The translations under genes were made by a program, and so were the position numbers. A stretch of DNA of 64,000 bases from Mobula hypostoma. Lineage: Eukaryota. The notes below the pieces were generated by a model. That model was not told the DNA's origin. It saw only the letters and a program-made list of their open reading frames with translations, and did no database searches. Shown piece after piece: positions 12,831 through 25,278 of the stretch. How positions within the stretch are numbered: position 1 is the stretch's first letter; every line of letters begins with the position of its first letter. The DNA lies in NCBI RefSeq assembly GCF_963921235.1, contig NC_086117.1, positions 27,280,001 to 27,344,000 of the forward strand, given 5' to 3'.

Positions 12831-12872
12831 TTTAGAAAGTGATAGGAACTGGTATTGGAATGTAGGGCACGT

Positions 12873-13090
12873 GTTGGGCACGTGGCCAAGTGGTTAAGGC
12901 GTTGGTCTAGTTATCGCAAGGTCGCTAGTTCGAGCCTCAGCTGTGGCAGCGTGTTTGTGTCCTCGAGCAAGGCACTTAATCACACATTGTGCGAGGAGTG
13001 GCGCCCCACACAGACTTCCAATCTGCTCCTTGTAAGGCATGAAAATGCCCGACGCAGGCCTCTCATGGTCTGAGTCGACGTTCCCCCCCC
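12873..13090 (+). mobile_element. tRNA-derived SINE with RTE-like 3' end
   Basis: A box TGGCCAAGTGG, B box GTTCGAGCC; 3' GCCCGACGC..CTGAGTCGACG matches the RTE end at about 34106-34138. Confidence 0.82.
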
Positions 13091-13144
13091 ATTGGATTCA
13101 AGTAGAATGGATGGCCGCGGGAATAAGCATTATGGCAGCAGGGG

Positions 13145-13430
13145 GACGTGGATAAATGAGCTGTGTCTCACTGCTCCAGTGACCAGGGCTCGATTCTGAC
13201 ATCCGGCGCTGTCGGTGTGTGGTTTGTACATGACTGCACGATTCCCGCCAGATGCTCTGGTTTCCTCCTCAGACGTGCATAGGGCGTTAAGTCAATTGGT
13301 TGCTGTTAATTATACCTAGTGTGTAGGTGATGGGTTGAATCTGGGGAAGTGTGGAGAAAAAGATGGGATCAATGTAGGAATAATGAAAACGGGCCCTTAA
13401 TCACCAGCATGACTCAGTGGGCCCAAGAAC
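13145..13430 (+). mobile_element. V-SINE (HE1-like), degenerate; related copies at about 25550-25870, 30303-30595 and 62245-62525
   Basis: Decayed tRNA head and the GGTTTCCTCC..GTGCTC..GGTTTCCTCC V-domain motif (clearest at 62260-62400). Confidence 0.7.
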
Positions 13431-13530
13431 CTCGAAGCTTGATGAGCCAGTAGGGAAATGATTGGCCTAACAGTCAACATTTGTGCAGTGAGTTTCTCAG
13501 ATGTTCTAGTTTGATTCAGTCCTTTTAGTG

Positions 13531-13610
13531 CAGGAGTTCCCAAACTTCTGTATTCCATTGACCCATACCGTTAACTGAAGTGTCTGTGGACCCCAGTTTG
13601 GGAACCCCTG
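13531..13610. mobile_element. 80-bp hAT (Charlie-like) MITE
   Basis: TIRs CAGGAGTTCCCAAAC / GTTTGGGAACCCCTG; perfect 8-bp TSD TTTTAGTG at 13523-13530 and 13611-13618. Confidence 0.9.
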
Positions 13611-14379
13611 TTTTAGTGGGATATTCCTGAGTTTCAATAGCTGACATTTAAATCACCCAATGTCCACAAAGCATTTTGAGTTGCTTTGGGGATGTGATAA
13701 CTCATGTATTTTGGCAGGAAGAATAAGGAGAGGTGAGTGGGGAGACATGATGCAAACTAAATAGTGTAACACAGGGAATGCAGGGAAAAGAACTCTTTTA
13801 ATAATGTATTTGTACAACTTTTTGAAGGTGCCAGGATAGGTTGAGAAGGCACATGGAATCCTTGCACATTAGCAGGAACTTGCAGTGTAAGAGGAAGAAG
13901 TTAAGTGAAACTTTTATGAATCAATAAACTCTTTCCCCTTGCTATGAAGTCTAAAAAACTTGGAGTCCAGACTCATGGATTATTTATGGCCTCAAGGATC
14001 TTAATTTTTGTACCTATGGGGACAGTGGAACTTTAAGATCCTTTACAGCACTTAGAGTTCTCAGTTGACTATATTCAAAACCAAGTGATAGATTTTTGGA
14101 CTCAAAGTTATCAAAGGGTATAGGTGAAGGGCAGAAAGTGGAGTTGATACTGAATTTTCACAATGATACTCAAGGGTAGAGTAGGCTCAGGTGGTAGTAC
14201 GTTCCCATCACTGCCTACATTCCAAGTAGAATTCAGTTCTGGGTATCAGGAAGGGTGTCAGACAAAGATGAGGACGCAGGGGACATTTACTAGAAAGAGG
14301 GGGTTATAATTATGCGGAAAGACCATAGAAGCTGAGATCTTTCCTTGTAGAGCAGAAAAATTGAGTGACTTCTAATGGT

Positions 14380-14580
14380 AGCAACACACACAAAGTGCTG
14401 GAGGAACTCAGCAGGCCAAGCAGCATCTATGGAAAAGAGTACAGTCCACGTTTCGGGAAGGGTCTTCGCCCAAAACATCAACTGCACTCTTTTCCAAAGA
14501 TGCTGCCTGGCCTGCTGAGTTCCTCCAGCACTTTGTGTGTCTTGCTTGGATTTCCAGCATCTGCAGATTTTCTCTTGTTT
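14380..14580. mobile_element. Penelope pLTR-derived hairpin insertion
   Basis: Inverted arms TGCTGGAGGAACTCAGCAGGCC / GGCCTGCTGAGTTCCTCCAGCA; TSD GTGACTT(C/G)TAATGGT at 14365-14379 and 14581-14595. Confidence 0.85.
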
Positions 14581-14624
14581 GTGACTTGTAATGGTGTTCA
14601 AAATAAAGTGAAAGTGTAACCATT

Positions 14625-15310
14625 GGCTTGAGAATTTATTGAGAATTTCCTCTTTTATTGTCATTTAGAAATGCATACATGCATTAAGACATGATACAAT
14701 GTTTCTCCAGAGTGATATCACAGAAAACAAGACAGGCCAAAGACTAATACTAACAAAACCACATAATTATAACATATAGTTGCAGCAGTGCAAAGCAATA
14801 CCATAAATTGATGAAGAACAGACCATAGGCACAGTAAAAAAAAAGTCTCAAAGTCCCGAGTTGATCGACTCCCGAGTCCCCGATAGTGGGAGCAAAAGGG
14901 AGAAACTCCCTGCCATAAACCTCCAGGCACCGTCAACTTGCCAATACTTTGGAAGCAGCTGACCCCAGCCGACCCTGAGTCCATCCGTCCGAAAACTCCG
15001 AGCTTCCAAGCAGCCTCTCCGATACAGCCTCCCGAGCGCCATCCTCTGCCGAGCGCCTTCGACCTCTCCCCGGCTGCTGAAACACGCAAAGCCAAGGATT
15101 TCGAGGCCTTCAGCTCCGGAGATTCCGGTTACCACACAGTAGCAGTGGCAGCGAAGCCAGGCATTTCAGAAATTTTCCGGATGTTCCGCTGTGCTCTCAT
15201 GTCTGTGTCCATCAAATCAGGATTGTGCACGGTCCCCTACTTGACAAATAACAGACATCATCACCGAAGTGGCCGCGCGTGCTGTCGTCGCGCCGCCATC
15301 TTGTCCCCCC
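14625..15310 (-). mobile_element. About 690-bp non-autonomous retroelement (AAGATGGCGGC 5' end, Rex1-like 3' end), copy 1
   Basis: Reverse complement aligns along its length to 26911-27600. Confidence 0.85.
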
Positions 15311-15619
15311 TCTCGGGAATTAGAAGCCAGATTTACTGTAGGAGGAAAATAGAGGGAAGAAGAGCAACAAATATTTTGTGAAAGCTTTTATCATCTGGAA
15401 TGCAATACCTAGTAGCATTTCAGAATTATCTTTCTTTAAGGTGTAAGCAACATGAAGGATAATGTAACAGAACCATAGGGAAAAAAGCAGAGGACATGGG
15501 ACTAATTGCAAAGTAGTTTCAAAGAACTGACACAGTCACGTTGAGCCAAATGATCTCCTACAGTGCATCACTCTGTGGAATAAGGTGACGTTCCTTTGAA
15601 CATACTGTTTCTATTTCAG

Positions 15620-15749
15620 GGATCCAAGCAACTGAGGAAGGAGGTCAAAAATATCATGAAAGTCACAGCCTTGTTAAACGTGCCAACTGAGGGAAGCACT
15701 TATCTCTGGGTTCCCATAATGGGATCATGTTCCGTTAGCTGTGGTGAAG
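15620..15749 (+). CDS. ADAMTS13: ADAMTS13 exon: linker and start of TSP1-5
   Basis: tttcag|GGA..G|gtaaga; ..STYLWVPIMGSCSVSCGEG; 130 nt, phase 0-1. Confidence 0.92.
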
Positions 15750-15799
15750 GTAAGAATACAATGACATTTTATGTGATGTTCGTGGTGTTAAACACCATA

Positions 15800-16350
15800 T
15801 GAAAGTTCTCAGTCATCCAGGTCATTGTTTATCAAGCAGTAGTAATTCAAGGCAACTGGACTTGCTGTGTTGTCTAGGAGATGTTTCACCACTCATCTGA
15901 GAGGCTTCTTCATTTCTGTCCCCAGTGGGTACTTTTCCGGCTTATAAACTCTGTGAGTTGTTGAAAGGTACAGCAATCACATGAGGGTCGTTAGGAGCCG
16001 TAGAGGTAATGAGAGGGTCATTAGTTTAATCTTTGCATCCTTGTCAAACTGGAAAACGCATCCCTGAATAGAGGAGATGGGGTGCAACACCACCGATCAG
16101 CTACTTACAATGTATTCCTAACATCTCTACCCAGGCATCTCTGCAACAGATCCCGCCTCCATTCAGGCAAAGATAAGACTAATGACCCTCTCATTACGTC
16201 TACCATTCTTAATGGCCCTCATATGATTGCTGGCTATACCTTTAAACAACTCACAGAGTTTACAAGTCAGAAAACTACCCACCATGGATCAGAACTGAAG
16301 AAGCCTTTCGGATGAGTGGTGATACGTCTTCTAGACAGCACAGTTGCCGT
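15800..16350 (+). mobile_element. Poseidon-type Penelope element, 5'-truncated, with inverted pLTR
   Basis: VKLENASLNRGDGVQHHRSATYN GIY-YIG end between inverted arms; hammerhead-like motifs at 16291-16332 (+) and 15876-15917 (-). Confidence 0.78.
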
Positions 16351-17003
16351 GATTTGCCACTGCTTGATAAACACCACACATGTTTGTCGAGGTTGGAGAG
16401 GTGCCGAGACTGAATTGTTGTTGCACTGTCCAGCAGAATCCCATACTTGTCCACATAGGCTTTACCCCAATGCCCCACGCACACGTGCTTCTCTTTTGGA
16501 GGAACTGGGGCACAGTTCGACCGGGACCTGTCAATTTCAGATATCCCCCAAAATAAGAGACAAGAGATTGTAAATGCTGGAATCTGGAGCATCAGACAAT
16601 CTGTTAGAAGAACTCAGTGTGTCGAGCAGCATAGGCAGTCGATAATTTCTTTCCTCCCACTGGCACTTGTATAAAAGATTTTGTAGAACATGACCGCCAG
16701 ATGGCGTTAACATACGTAGCAGCCATACTTAACCTATGGATGGAATAGACTCGAGGGCCTGAATGATCTCTTTGTTCTTGTCCTTCTCCATTAGTCTTTC
16801 TTGGAGATATTTCCGAGGCTGATAAGGCTCATTTTCATCCGTCTCAAGACGAAAGGCATGTGTGCCGTCTTCTCCCAAGCTCAAAGTGAACAGTCCCGTA
16901 CAGAAAAGGCCATTCAGCCCACAATGTATTTGCAAACTCTCAATATCAGCATGCTTTTGCAGAAGGTCAGAGCTATGTGAACAATTGTTGTTGGTCCAAA
17001 CAG

Positions 17004-17133
17004 GAACATCAGAGATCAGGTACGTGTGCATGAGCGCTGAGACAAGGGAGGAGTCACGGCAAGAGTACTGCGATCAGAACTTCCAACCTCAGATGCACTA
17101 TATGCCATGCACCAGTAAGCCATGCCCCCCTTG
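17004..17133 (+). CDS. ADAMTS13: ADAMTS13 exon: remainder of TSP1-5
   Basis: aaacag|GA..TG|gtaagt; TSEIRYVCMSAET..CTSKPCPPW; 130 nt, phase 1-2. Confidence 0.92.
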
Positions 17134-17677
17134 GTAAGTCAGTTCAACATCATCAATCGATATCATTACTCTGATAAAGTTCCGAGCTTTTTAATCAGCT
17201 CTGAAACATCACCGGGAAGTATGGCTAACAATCTGCTCTCCATCGAAACCAGGGTCTTTAAATTTCTGCACCAGCATCAGACAGTCAGAGGGAATATGCA
17301 CCACGAGTCAGATGCAGAATAAAGATCCCTTGACTAAGTCTCTCTACTAGTAAACAAGGTCATGCTGGGACTATACCAAAAATACTGTGCGAAGTTTTGG
17401 TCTCCTTACCCAAGGACGGATATGCTTGCCATGGAGGGAGCACAGAGAAGTTTCACGAGCCTGATTCATCAAATGTTATAACCGTGGTACAAGGAAGGTT
17501 CATCTAGGCTTGTATTCACTAGAGTTCAGAAGGATGAGAGAGACATCTCATTGGAACATACAAAATACCAACAGGGTTAGTCAGACCAGATGCGAGAGGG
17601 GTGATTGCTCAGACTGGGAGATTTTAGAACCCAAAGGCATAAACTCAGACTGTATATAGGGTAAAACATTTATAGTT

Positions 17678-20600
17678 TTTTTTTTAAATCTTTTTATTGA
17701 GTAAGTATACAAAAAAGGTAAGCCATATAAACATTAATACAATGTTAAAGTATAATAAAATTCCAAAAGATAACAATACCAAAAAGAAAATACTACAAAC
17801 AATGTAATTTAAGCATAAGAAACCAAGATAACATAATAGTATACTAAATTTTATATATATCAATGGAAAAAAAAGAAAAAAAAAACCCCCCAAAAAAAAA
17901 CCCACCGTGCAGCTAACTAAAAGCAAGGCAAAGCAATGGGCTAACTTGAAACCAAACAGAGTTAAACTTAAAATCACGTCCTCAATCCCGACCTCCATTA
18001 AAAACAGTGAAAAAAAAACAAGAAGGGTAAATATTACATTAAATGAAAATATCGAATAAAAGGTCCCCAAATCTGTTCAAATTTAAATGAAGAATCATAA
18101 AGGTTACTTCTAATTTTCTCCAAATTCAAACATAAAATCGTCTGAGAAAACCAAAAAAAGGTAGTTGGAGCATTAAGCTCTTTCCAATGTTGTAAAATAC
18201 ATCTTTTCGCCATTAAAGTAAGAAATGCAATCATTCTACGGGCTGAAGGGGAAAGATTACTAGAAATTTTAGGTAGTCCAAAGATAGCAGTAATAGGGTG
18301 AGGAGAGATAGCTATATTTAATACCCTAGAAATAATATTGAAAATATCTCTCCAAAAAGTTTCCAAAGTAGGGCAAGACCAAAACATATGAGTTAAAGAG
18401 GCTATCTGCCCCGAACATCTATCACAGAAAGGATTAATATGCGAGTAAAAACGCGCTAACTTATCTTTGGACATATGTGCTCTATGAACCACTTTAAATT
18501 GAATTAGGGAATGTTTAGCACAAATAGAGGAAGTATTAACTAATTGTAAAATCTGCCCCCAATCATCCACAGAAATGGTAAGCCCCAATTCCTGTTCCCA
18601 ATCTACCCTAATCTTATCAAATGGAGCTTTCCTAAGTTTCATAATAATATTATAAATCATAGCCGATGCACCTTTCTGACATGGATTAAGGTTAATTATC
18701 GAATCTAAAATATATGTAGGAGGAAGCATTGGAAAGGAAGAAAGTATAGTACTTAGGAAATTTCTAACTTGTAAATATCTAAAAAAATGTATTCTTGATA
18801 AGTTATATTTATTAGATAATTGTTCAAAAGACATAAGGGAACCATCTAAAAATAAATCCAAAAACCGTAAAATACCTTTAGTCTTCCAAGTTTGAAAAGC
18901 GCGATCCATAAAAGAGGGAGGAAAAAATATGTTACCTAAAATAGGAATCGCTAACCCGAATTGATTAAGATCAAAAAATTTTCTGAATTGAAACCAAATG
19001 CGCAAAGCATATTTAACTATCGGGTTAGAGACCTGCTTAAGACGTTTCAAATCAAAAGGAAGAGAGGAACCTAAAATAGAACCAAGTGTATAACCCTGAA
19101 CAGATTGTAATTCCAATGCTACCCATTTAGGAATAGATAGTATGTCCTGGTCAAGTAACCAAAATTTCATATGTCGAATATTAATAGCCCAATAATAAAA
19201 TCTAAAGTTAGGTAATGCTAAACCTCCATCTCTCTTAGCTTTCTGTAAATGTATTTTACCCAGTCTCGGATTCTTATTCTGCCAAATAAATGAAGAAATT
19301 TTAGAGTCAACTTTATCAAAAAAAGATTTAGGAACGAAAATTGGTAATGCCTGAAACACATATAAAAATTTTGGCAAAAAAAACATCTTAACTGCATTAA
19401 TACGACCAATCAAAGTTAAATATAAGGGAAACCATTTAGATGAAAGTTGAGTAATATGGTCTATTAATGGTAAAAAGTTAGTCTTAAATAAATCTTTGTG
19501 TTTACAAGTAATTTTAATCCCAAGATATGAAAAGTAATTATTAATCAATTTAAATGGAAATTTATAATATAAGGGAAGATGTTTATTAATCGGAAAAAGT
19601 TCACTCTTACTAAGATTTAATTTATAACCTGAGAAAAGACCAAATTGTGCTAATAACTCTAAAACAGCAGGAATGGATCTCTCAGGATTAGAAATATATA
19701 AAAGTAAATCATCAGCATAGAGTGATAATTTATGGGACTTTAATCCCCGAGTTATCCCAGTAATATTTGAAGATTCTCGAATAGCAATTGCAAGAGGTTC
19801 TAATGCAATATCAAATAATAGGGGACTAAGAGGACAGCCTTGTCGAGTACCACGAAAGAGAGGAAAAAAAGGTGAGTTTAAAGAGTTAGTACGAACCGAG
19901 GCTACAGGGGAGTGATATAACAGTTTAATCCAGGATATAAATTTCAAGCTAAAATTAAACATTTCAAGCACCTTAAATAAATAAGGCCATTCTACTCTAT
20001 CAAAAGCTTTCTCGGCATCTAAAGAAATAACACACTCAGGAACATTTTGTGAGGGAGTATAAACGATATTTAACAATGTACGAATATTATAAAAAGAGTA
20101 ACGACCTTTAATAAAACCCGTTTGGTCTTCCGAAATAATAGAAGGAAGTACTTTTTCTAGTCTATTTGCTAATAACTTAGAAAAAACTTTAGAATCAACA
20201 TTTAATAAAGATATTGGTCTATAAGATGCACATTGAGCAGGGTCTTTATCCTTCTTTAGTATTAGAGAAATTGATGCTCTATTAAAAGATTCAGGAAGTT
20301 TACCAAGTTTCAAAGAAGCCTCAAAAACCTTACAGAGCCAAGGAATCAATAAAGAAGCAAAACATTTATAAAATTCAACGGTAAACCCATCAGGGCCAGG
20401 AGCTTTCCCCAGATTCATAGAAAAAATAACATTCTTAATCTCATCCATTGTAATGGAAGTATCTAATAAAGAAGACATATCCTGTGAAATCTGAGGGAAG
20501 TCTAACTTATCTAAAAAATCATTCATATATTTAGAATCTCGAGGAGACTCTGATTGATATAAAGAAGAATAAAAATCACAAAAGGTTTGATTAATCCCCA

Positions 20601-20915
20601 CATGATCCAATATCAATCGATCATTTTGGTTATAAATCTGATTGATTTGAGATTTAACATAATTAGATTTCAATTGATTAGCCAGCAGCTTGCCAATTTT
20701 ATCACTGTGAACATAAAAGTCACTTCTTGTTTTCTTTAATTGGTTTACAATCGAGGACGAGAGTAGTAAACTGTGTTCCATTTGAAGTTCAGTTCTTTGT
20801 TTGTATAACTCCTCAGAAGGAGCCATAACATATTTCTTATCAATTTCTTTAATCTTGTCCACAATTGCCATCTCCTCCTGCTTCTGTTTCTTCCTCAAAG
20901 CAACGGAATACGAAA
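17678..20915 (-). mobile_element. Young 5'-truncated L1-clade LINE (open ORF2 RT and C-terminal CCHC, 18034-20915) inserted into an old CR1
   Basis: KAPGPDG, YRPISLLN, DAEKAFD, GTRQGCPLSPLLF, YADD and CxxC..H..C motifs; poly(A) tail; TSD AAAACATTTATAGTT at 17663-17677 and 20916-20930. Confidence 0.96.
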
Positions 20916-21690
20916 AAAACATTTATAGTTGAAGTGATTAAAAAGTGTTGTCACACTGAGATGATGAACTTGTGGATTTCTCTTTCACAGAAGGCAGTGG
21001 AGGCCAAGTTGCTGAATATATTTAAGAGGGAAGGACATGGATTTCTAGGCACAGAAGATACCAAGGGGCAAAGGGGAGGGAGCGGGATAATAACATTGAA
21101 ATAAAGGATCAGTCACGATCACATTGACTGATGGAGCCAACTCAAGTGTCAAAGGGCTAACCTGTTCTCCTATTTTATACGCTTCACTGTCTTATCAAAT
21201 GTTCCCAGCTCGGAAACACCACAGGTTAAATACAGAATAAAGCTCTTCCTCAGCTCTCCTGCCAAACCCACCCAGAAGGTAAATGAGATTGGTAAAAAGT
21301 GACATTGAAAGTGTCAAACAGCCATAAAAACCCATCGGTGTTTTTTATAAATTCTTTAGAGCAATAAACCTGCTGTCCCCTCTCAGTCTGGACTGGTTAT
21401 CTACAGTCCCTTATCGATACGTTTGACCCTTAACAGCCATCTGACGTGATGCAGCAAAACTCTCAGTTTTCCTTCAGAGATCATAGAGAATGGGCAATAA
21501 ATGGTGGTCTTGTCAAGTACATCCACAACCCACGAAATACATTTTTAAAAATTTACACTTCCAACCTGGATGCATGTGAATTTGAGAAGGACAAATGTAT
21601 ATTAGACCAGACACCTTGTCTCGGTTTCATTCCCCTTCACCCCGAGGCTTTGACATTAATATGGAATTATTGTCATTTATTTTCTTAAAG

Positions 21691-21870
21691 GTGGGAAGTC
21701 CACGAGTATGGCCCGTGTAATGTGAGCTGTGGAGGTGGAGTACGTGAGAGGGAGGTGTACTGCGTAAAGAAAGAAAGGCATTTATATCAGAGGGTACCTC
21801 CCTTGGAATGTGCTAACACTTCAAGGCCAGCTTCCATAGAGATATGCAATTCTGATCCCTGTCCTGTAAG
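21691..21870 (+). CDS. ADAMTS13: ADAMTS13 exon: additional TSP1 repeat with no human counterpart (not in ORF track)
   Basis: ttcttaaag|G..AG|gtaact; WEVHEYGPCNVSCGGGVREREVYCVKKE..CNSDPCPVR, six Cys; 180 nt, phase 2-2. Confidence 0.92.
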
Positions 21871-22646
21871 GTAACTACCTCCATCCACGGATAAAAAACT
21901 GTGTGCTTTGTTTGCTTGTTATTGGATTGTACAACTCATCATAGATGAACGTCATGGCTCAGGACGCCTAATTAAAAACCATCCCTTCAGTATCTGACTT
22001 CTTCAACATCTGACTTCCCCAGCCCATCACCAAATCTTCCTCAACCCACACATCTTTCCAATCCAACACCAACTTTCTCCAAGTCAGCAACCCAACATCT
22101 CACTGCACATCTCCAATGCACAATATTCACTTCCACAATACCAGATTCCTCTTCCCCAGCCTGAACACCAAACACATCTACCTCAAGGCCAGTCCAGAAA
22201 CTATGCATCTTACCTAACATTCAACCCCACCAACACCACCTTTCCAACCAATCTCTGGCTTTGACTCTCACGTCCTGATACCGTGGCTCATCATCAACAA
22301 TCCTTATCTATGATTCCACCACCACTATTTGATAAATTCCAAGGACTTTATTCTTTTGAGTACATAAAGGGGCTTACATTCCTTCTGCGCTTCCTCACAT
22401 TCTTGGGTCACCCCAGGATGGTTCAGCACCAATCAATTCTTTTATGCAGACAACAGATGATATCCTTTCATTTGAACTGTATCTATGACAATGACCCTTT
22501 TTGTTAGGTTTCTGTAACGTGTCCATCCAGCAATCCGCTCCCTGGATATTCGCTAACCTTCTCTCTGTGTGAATTTGTTTACTGGCTTGTGCTGACAACC
22601 AACCGATCACAATAAGAACCTTCTTTCTCCCTAATCTTTGCCGAAG

Positions 22647-22823
22647 GTGGCGGTACAAGTCCGAATCTTGCAGCATGCCGTGCGGAGGAGGGGTGAGGCA
22701 AAGGCTGTTGTACTGTACGAAGGTATTACCTGACCGTGAGGAGCTGACATCGGATAAAGAATGTCTTCATTTGAGCCGACCTGAGGACTTAGAAATTTGC
22801 AATCTCCATCCTTGCCCTCCAAG
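22647..22823 (+). CDS. ADAMTS13: ADAMTS13 exon: TSP1 repeat matching human T6
   Basis: ccgaag|G..AG|gtctgt; WRYKSESCSMPCGGGVRQRLLYC..RPEDLEICNLHPCPPR vs human [23 protein letters not shown]; 177 nt. Confidence 0.92.
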
Positions 22824-23654
22824 GTCTGTGAGCTTTTTTCACTGTTCCTTGCCTCTTTGAAGGCACTGGTTCTCAGCAAGTTTTGTTCATAGAACAGTGC
22901 AGCATAGGAACAGCCCTAAGCATACCAAGTCTATGCCAAGCATGAGGCCAATCTAAACCAATTCTATTTGCCTGCACATGGTCCATATTCCTCTACTCCC
23001 TGCCTGTACGTATGTCTGTCTAAATGCCTCCTTAATACAATAGGGTCTTGGATACACTAGGGACTTTTGAAAGTCTCTTAGATAGGTACATGGAGCTTAG
23101 AAAAATAGAGGGCTATACAGTAGGGAAATTCTAGGCAGTTTCTAGAGTAGGTTACATGGTTGGCACAATATTGAAGGGCCTGTAACGTGCTGTAGATTTC
23201 TATGTTTCTATGTTAAATGTCTGCTTTTACTCTCTCCTCTAGCAGCATATTTCACTCTGTGTAAAATCAAATCTCCTTTAAGCTTTCCCCCTCTCACCTG
23301 AAGCCTTTGCCCTCTAGTATTTGACATTTCCAGCCTGGAACAAAGATTCTGGCTATCCACCCTATCGATACCTCTCATCATTTTAACCACTTGTATCAGA
23401 TTTCTCCTCAGTCTCCTATGTTCCAAGTTTGTTCAACCTTTCCCTATAATTAACACACTCAACATCTCGCTGAACCTCTTCTCTGTGTTCCCCAAAGCCG
23501 CCACACCCTTCCTGCAGTGAGGCTATAAATATTTCCATACCAACGTTTTATATAGCTCCAGCACGAATGGAGTTCAATGGAGACTGAATCTCATTGGGTA
23601 AAGGATTCAACAGGCATCAGCTCTTGCAGGGCACAACAGAATCTGAAAACTTAG

Positions 23655-24541
23655 TGTTAGGTAACTGGCAACAATGAATATCAATTGAGACAGGTTATAT
23701 AAAAACAACCAAACATTTACTAAACACGGATAAACGATAAGGAAAAAAACAAACAAAAACTTTAACCAGAAGTTAACCGTTATGCAGCCGTTCAACAAAT
23801 CATCACTCGGCACTGGTTCATAAAGCATTAACTGCAAAAACAATTCTTAAAGCGATAAAGTCAGATATAGTTCTTAAAATGGTAAATTCGAAAGTCCAAC
23901 AGATTTATACGTTCAATTGGGAGACTTCTCTGGAGAAGGATTTCTTCATAGATGCGACTTTCCTGCTGGTTCTATCCAAAGGATTCACGATGCAGTAAAT
24001 GAACAGTTTAAAACAACTGACCTTAAATTCTTTTAGAGAGAGAGCAAACCTTTGCATGAACTCTTTGCTCTTTTTGGCAAGAGTTATCCTCGATGCAGGT
24101 CGCTACTCCTTCAACGAAGACTCAACAAGGTTGATCCTTTGTTAAACTGCCAAACTATGCTGACTGATCTCAATCCTTCGGGTCCTGTACTTCGATAAAG
24201 TCTTCACTCCCCCTTCTACTGCTGGAATTGAGTAAATCAGCACATCTAGCCAAAAATTTCCAGTCCAATAATATGGTATCTTGCAATAGAACACAACACT
24301 TCATTTTAAAAATGAAACTGCGTCACAACAACAAATGCAGCAGAAACAGAGACACAGCACGTTCTACCTGGAAATCTACAAACTAAAAACTAACTGTGTC
24401 ATCTGGGTCTTCCCTTTATATACCCATGGTGCACATGTCATCATGTGACCTCACATCGGCGGGAAAATCACATCAGGTGACCTCCAAAAGACCATTACAT
24501 CATTCTCACAAAAAAAAACACATCTCCTTGAACATGTAACA
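23655..24541 (-). mobile_element. Solo LTR (887 bp, Gypsy/ERV-like)
   Basis: TGTTA..TAACA termini; 4-bp TSD TTAG at 23651-23654 and 24542-24545; minus-strand TATATAAA (24415-24422) and AGTAAA (23716-23721). Confidence 0.82.
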
Positions 24542-24707
24542 TTAGCAACTTGCAAATGTCTCCCTGATGCTGAAGCTCCCTATTTAAAAGGATTCTTGAC
24601 AGCGATACTCAGTGTTACAAGGCTGATTTGATTTGACCCTTAAAGAGATGGAGAATATTCGAGCAGAACTCTAAGGTTACTCTGTGAATCAGAGGGATAA
24701 ATAGGTA

Positions 24708-24944
24708 CCACATACAAAATGCTGGAGGAACTCAGCAGGCCAGGCAGCATCTATGGAATGGAATACAGTCAAAGTTCCCGGTTGAGACTCTTCATCAGAT
24801 TCTTCATTCGTCCTGAGGAAGGGTCTCTGCCCAAAACATCGACTGGTTACTCTTTTCCATAGATCCTGCCTGGCCTGCTGAGTTCCTCCAGCATTTTATG
24901 TGTGTTTCTTAGATTTCCCGCATTGCAGATTTTCTCTTGTTTGT
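24708..24944. mobile_element. Penelope pLTR-derived hairpin insertion with decayed hammerhead motifs
   Basis: Inverted arms; CTGAGGAAGGG..CCCAAAACATCGAC; TSD GATAAA(T/A)AGGTA at 24696-24707 and 24945-24956. Confidence 0.83.
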
Positions 24945-25076
24945 GATAAAAAGGTAAAAAGAGTTAGGAGAACACTGGCCCAGACAGTAACATTACGTCG
25001 CTGTGAGAGTCATGGTGAGAGGAGGAAGACTGGATGGATTTGGGACGCCGGCTTAATTTACCCTTCTCATGTTCAG

Positions 25077-25278
25077 GTGGCAGGTTTCAGAGCCAGGACG
25101 GTGCTCGGTACTTTGTGGGACTGGTGTGGCTGAGAGGAAGGTGACCTGTGTCCAGCTTCACAATGGGACAGACATGGAAGTGAACAGATCCCGTTGCTCA
25201 GGGCTGGAGGAGCCTCTGTCACGTGTCCCATGTGTCGTCAGCTGCCCGTTTGGTTGGAATCCCCAAAACTGGTCTGAG
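25077..25278 (+). CDS. ADAMTS13: ADAMTS13 exon: TSP1-7 and start of T8
   Basis: gttcag|G..GAG|gttagt; WQVSEPGRCSVLCGTGVAERKVTCVQ..CPFGWNPQNWSE; 202 nt, phase 2-0. Confidence 0.94.

Noticed and set aside
21985-22330. C/A-rich low-complexity stretch between two TSP exons
   Set aside because: No consistent period, ORF or recognisable family.
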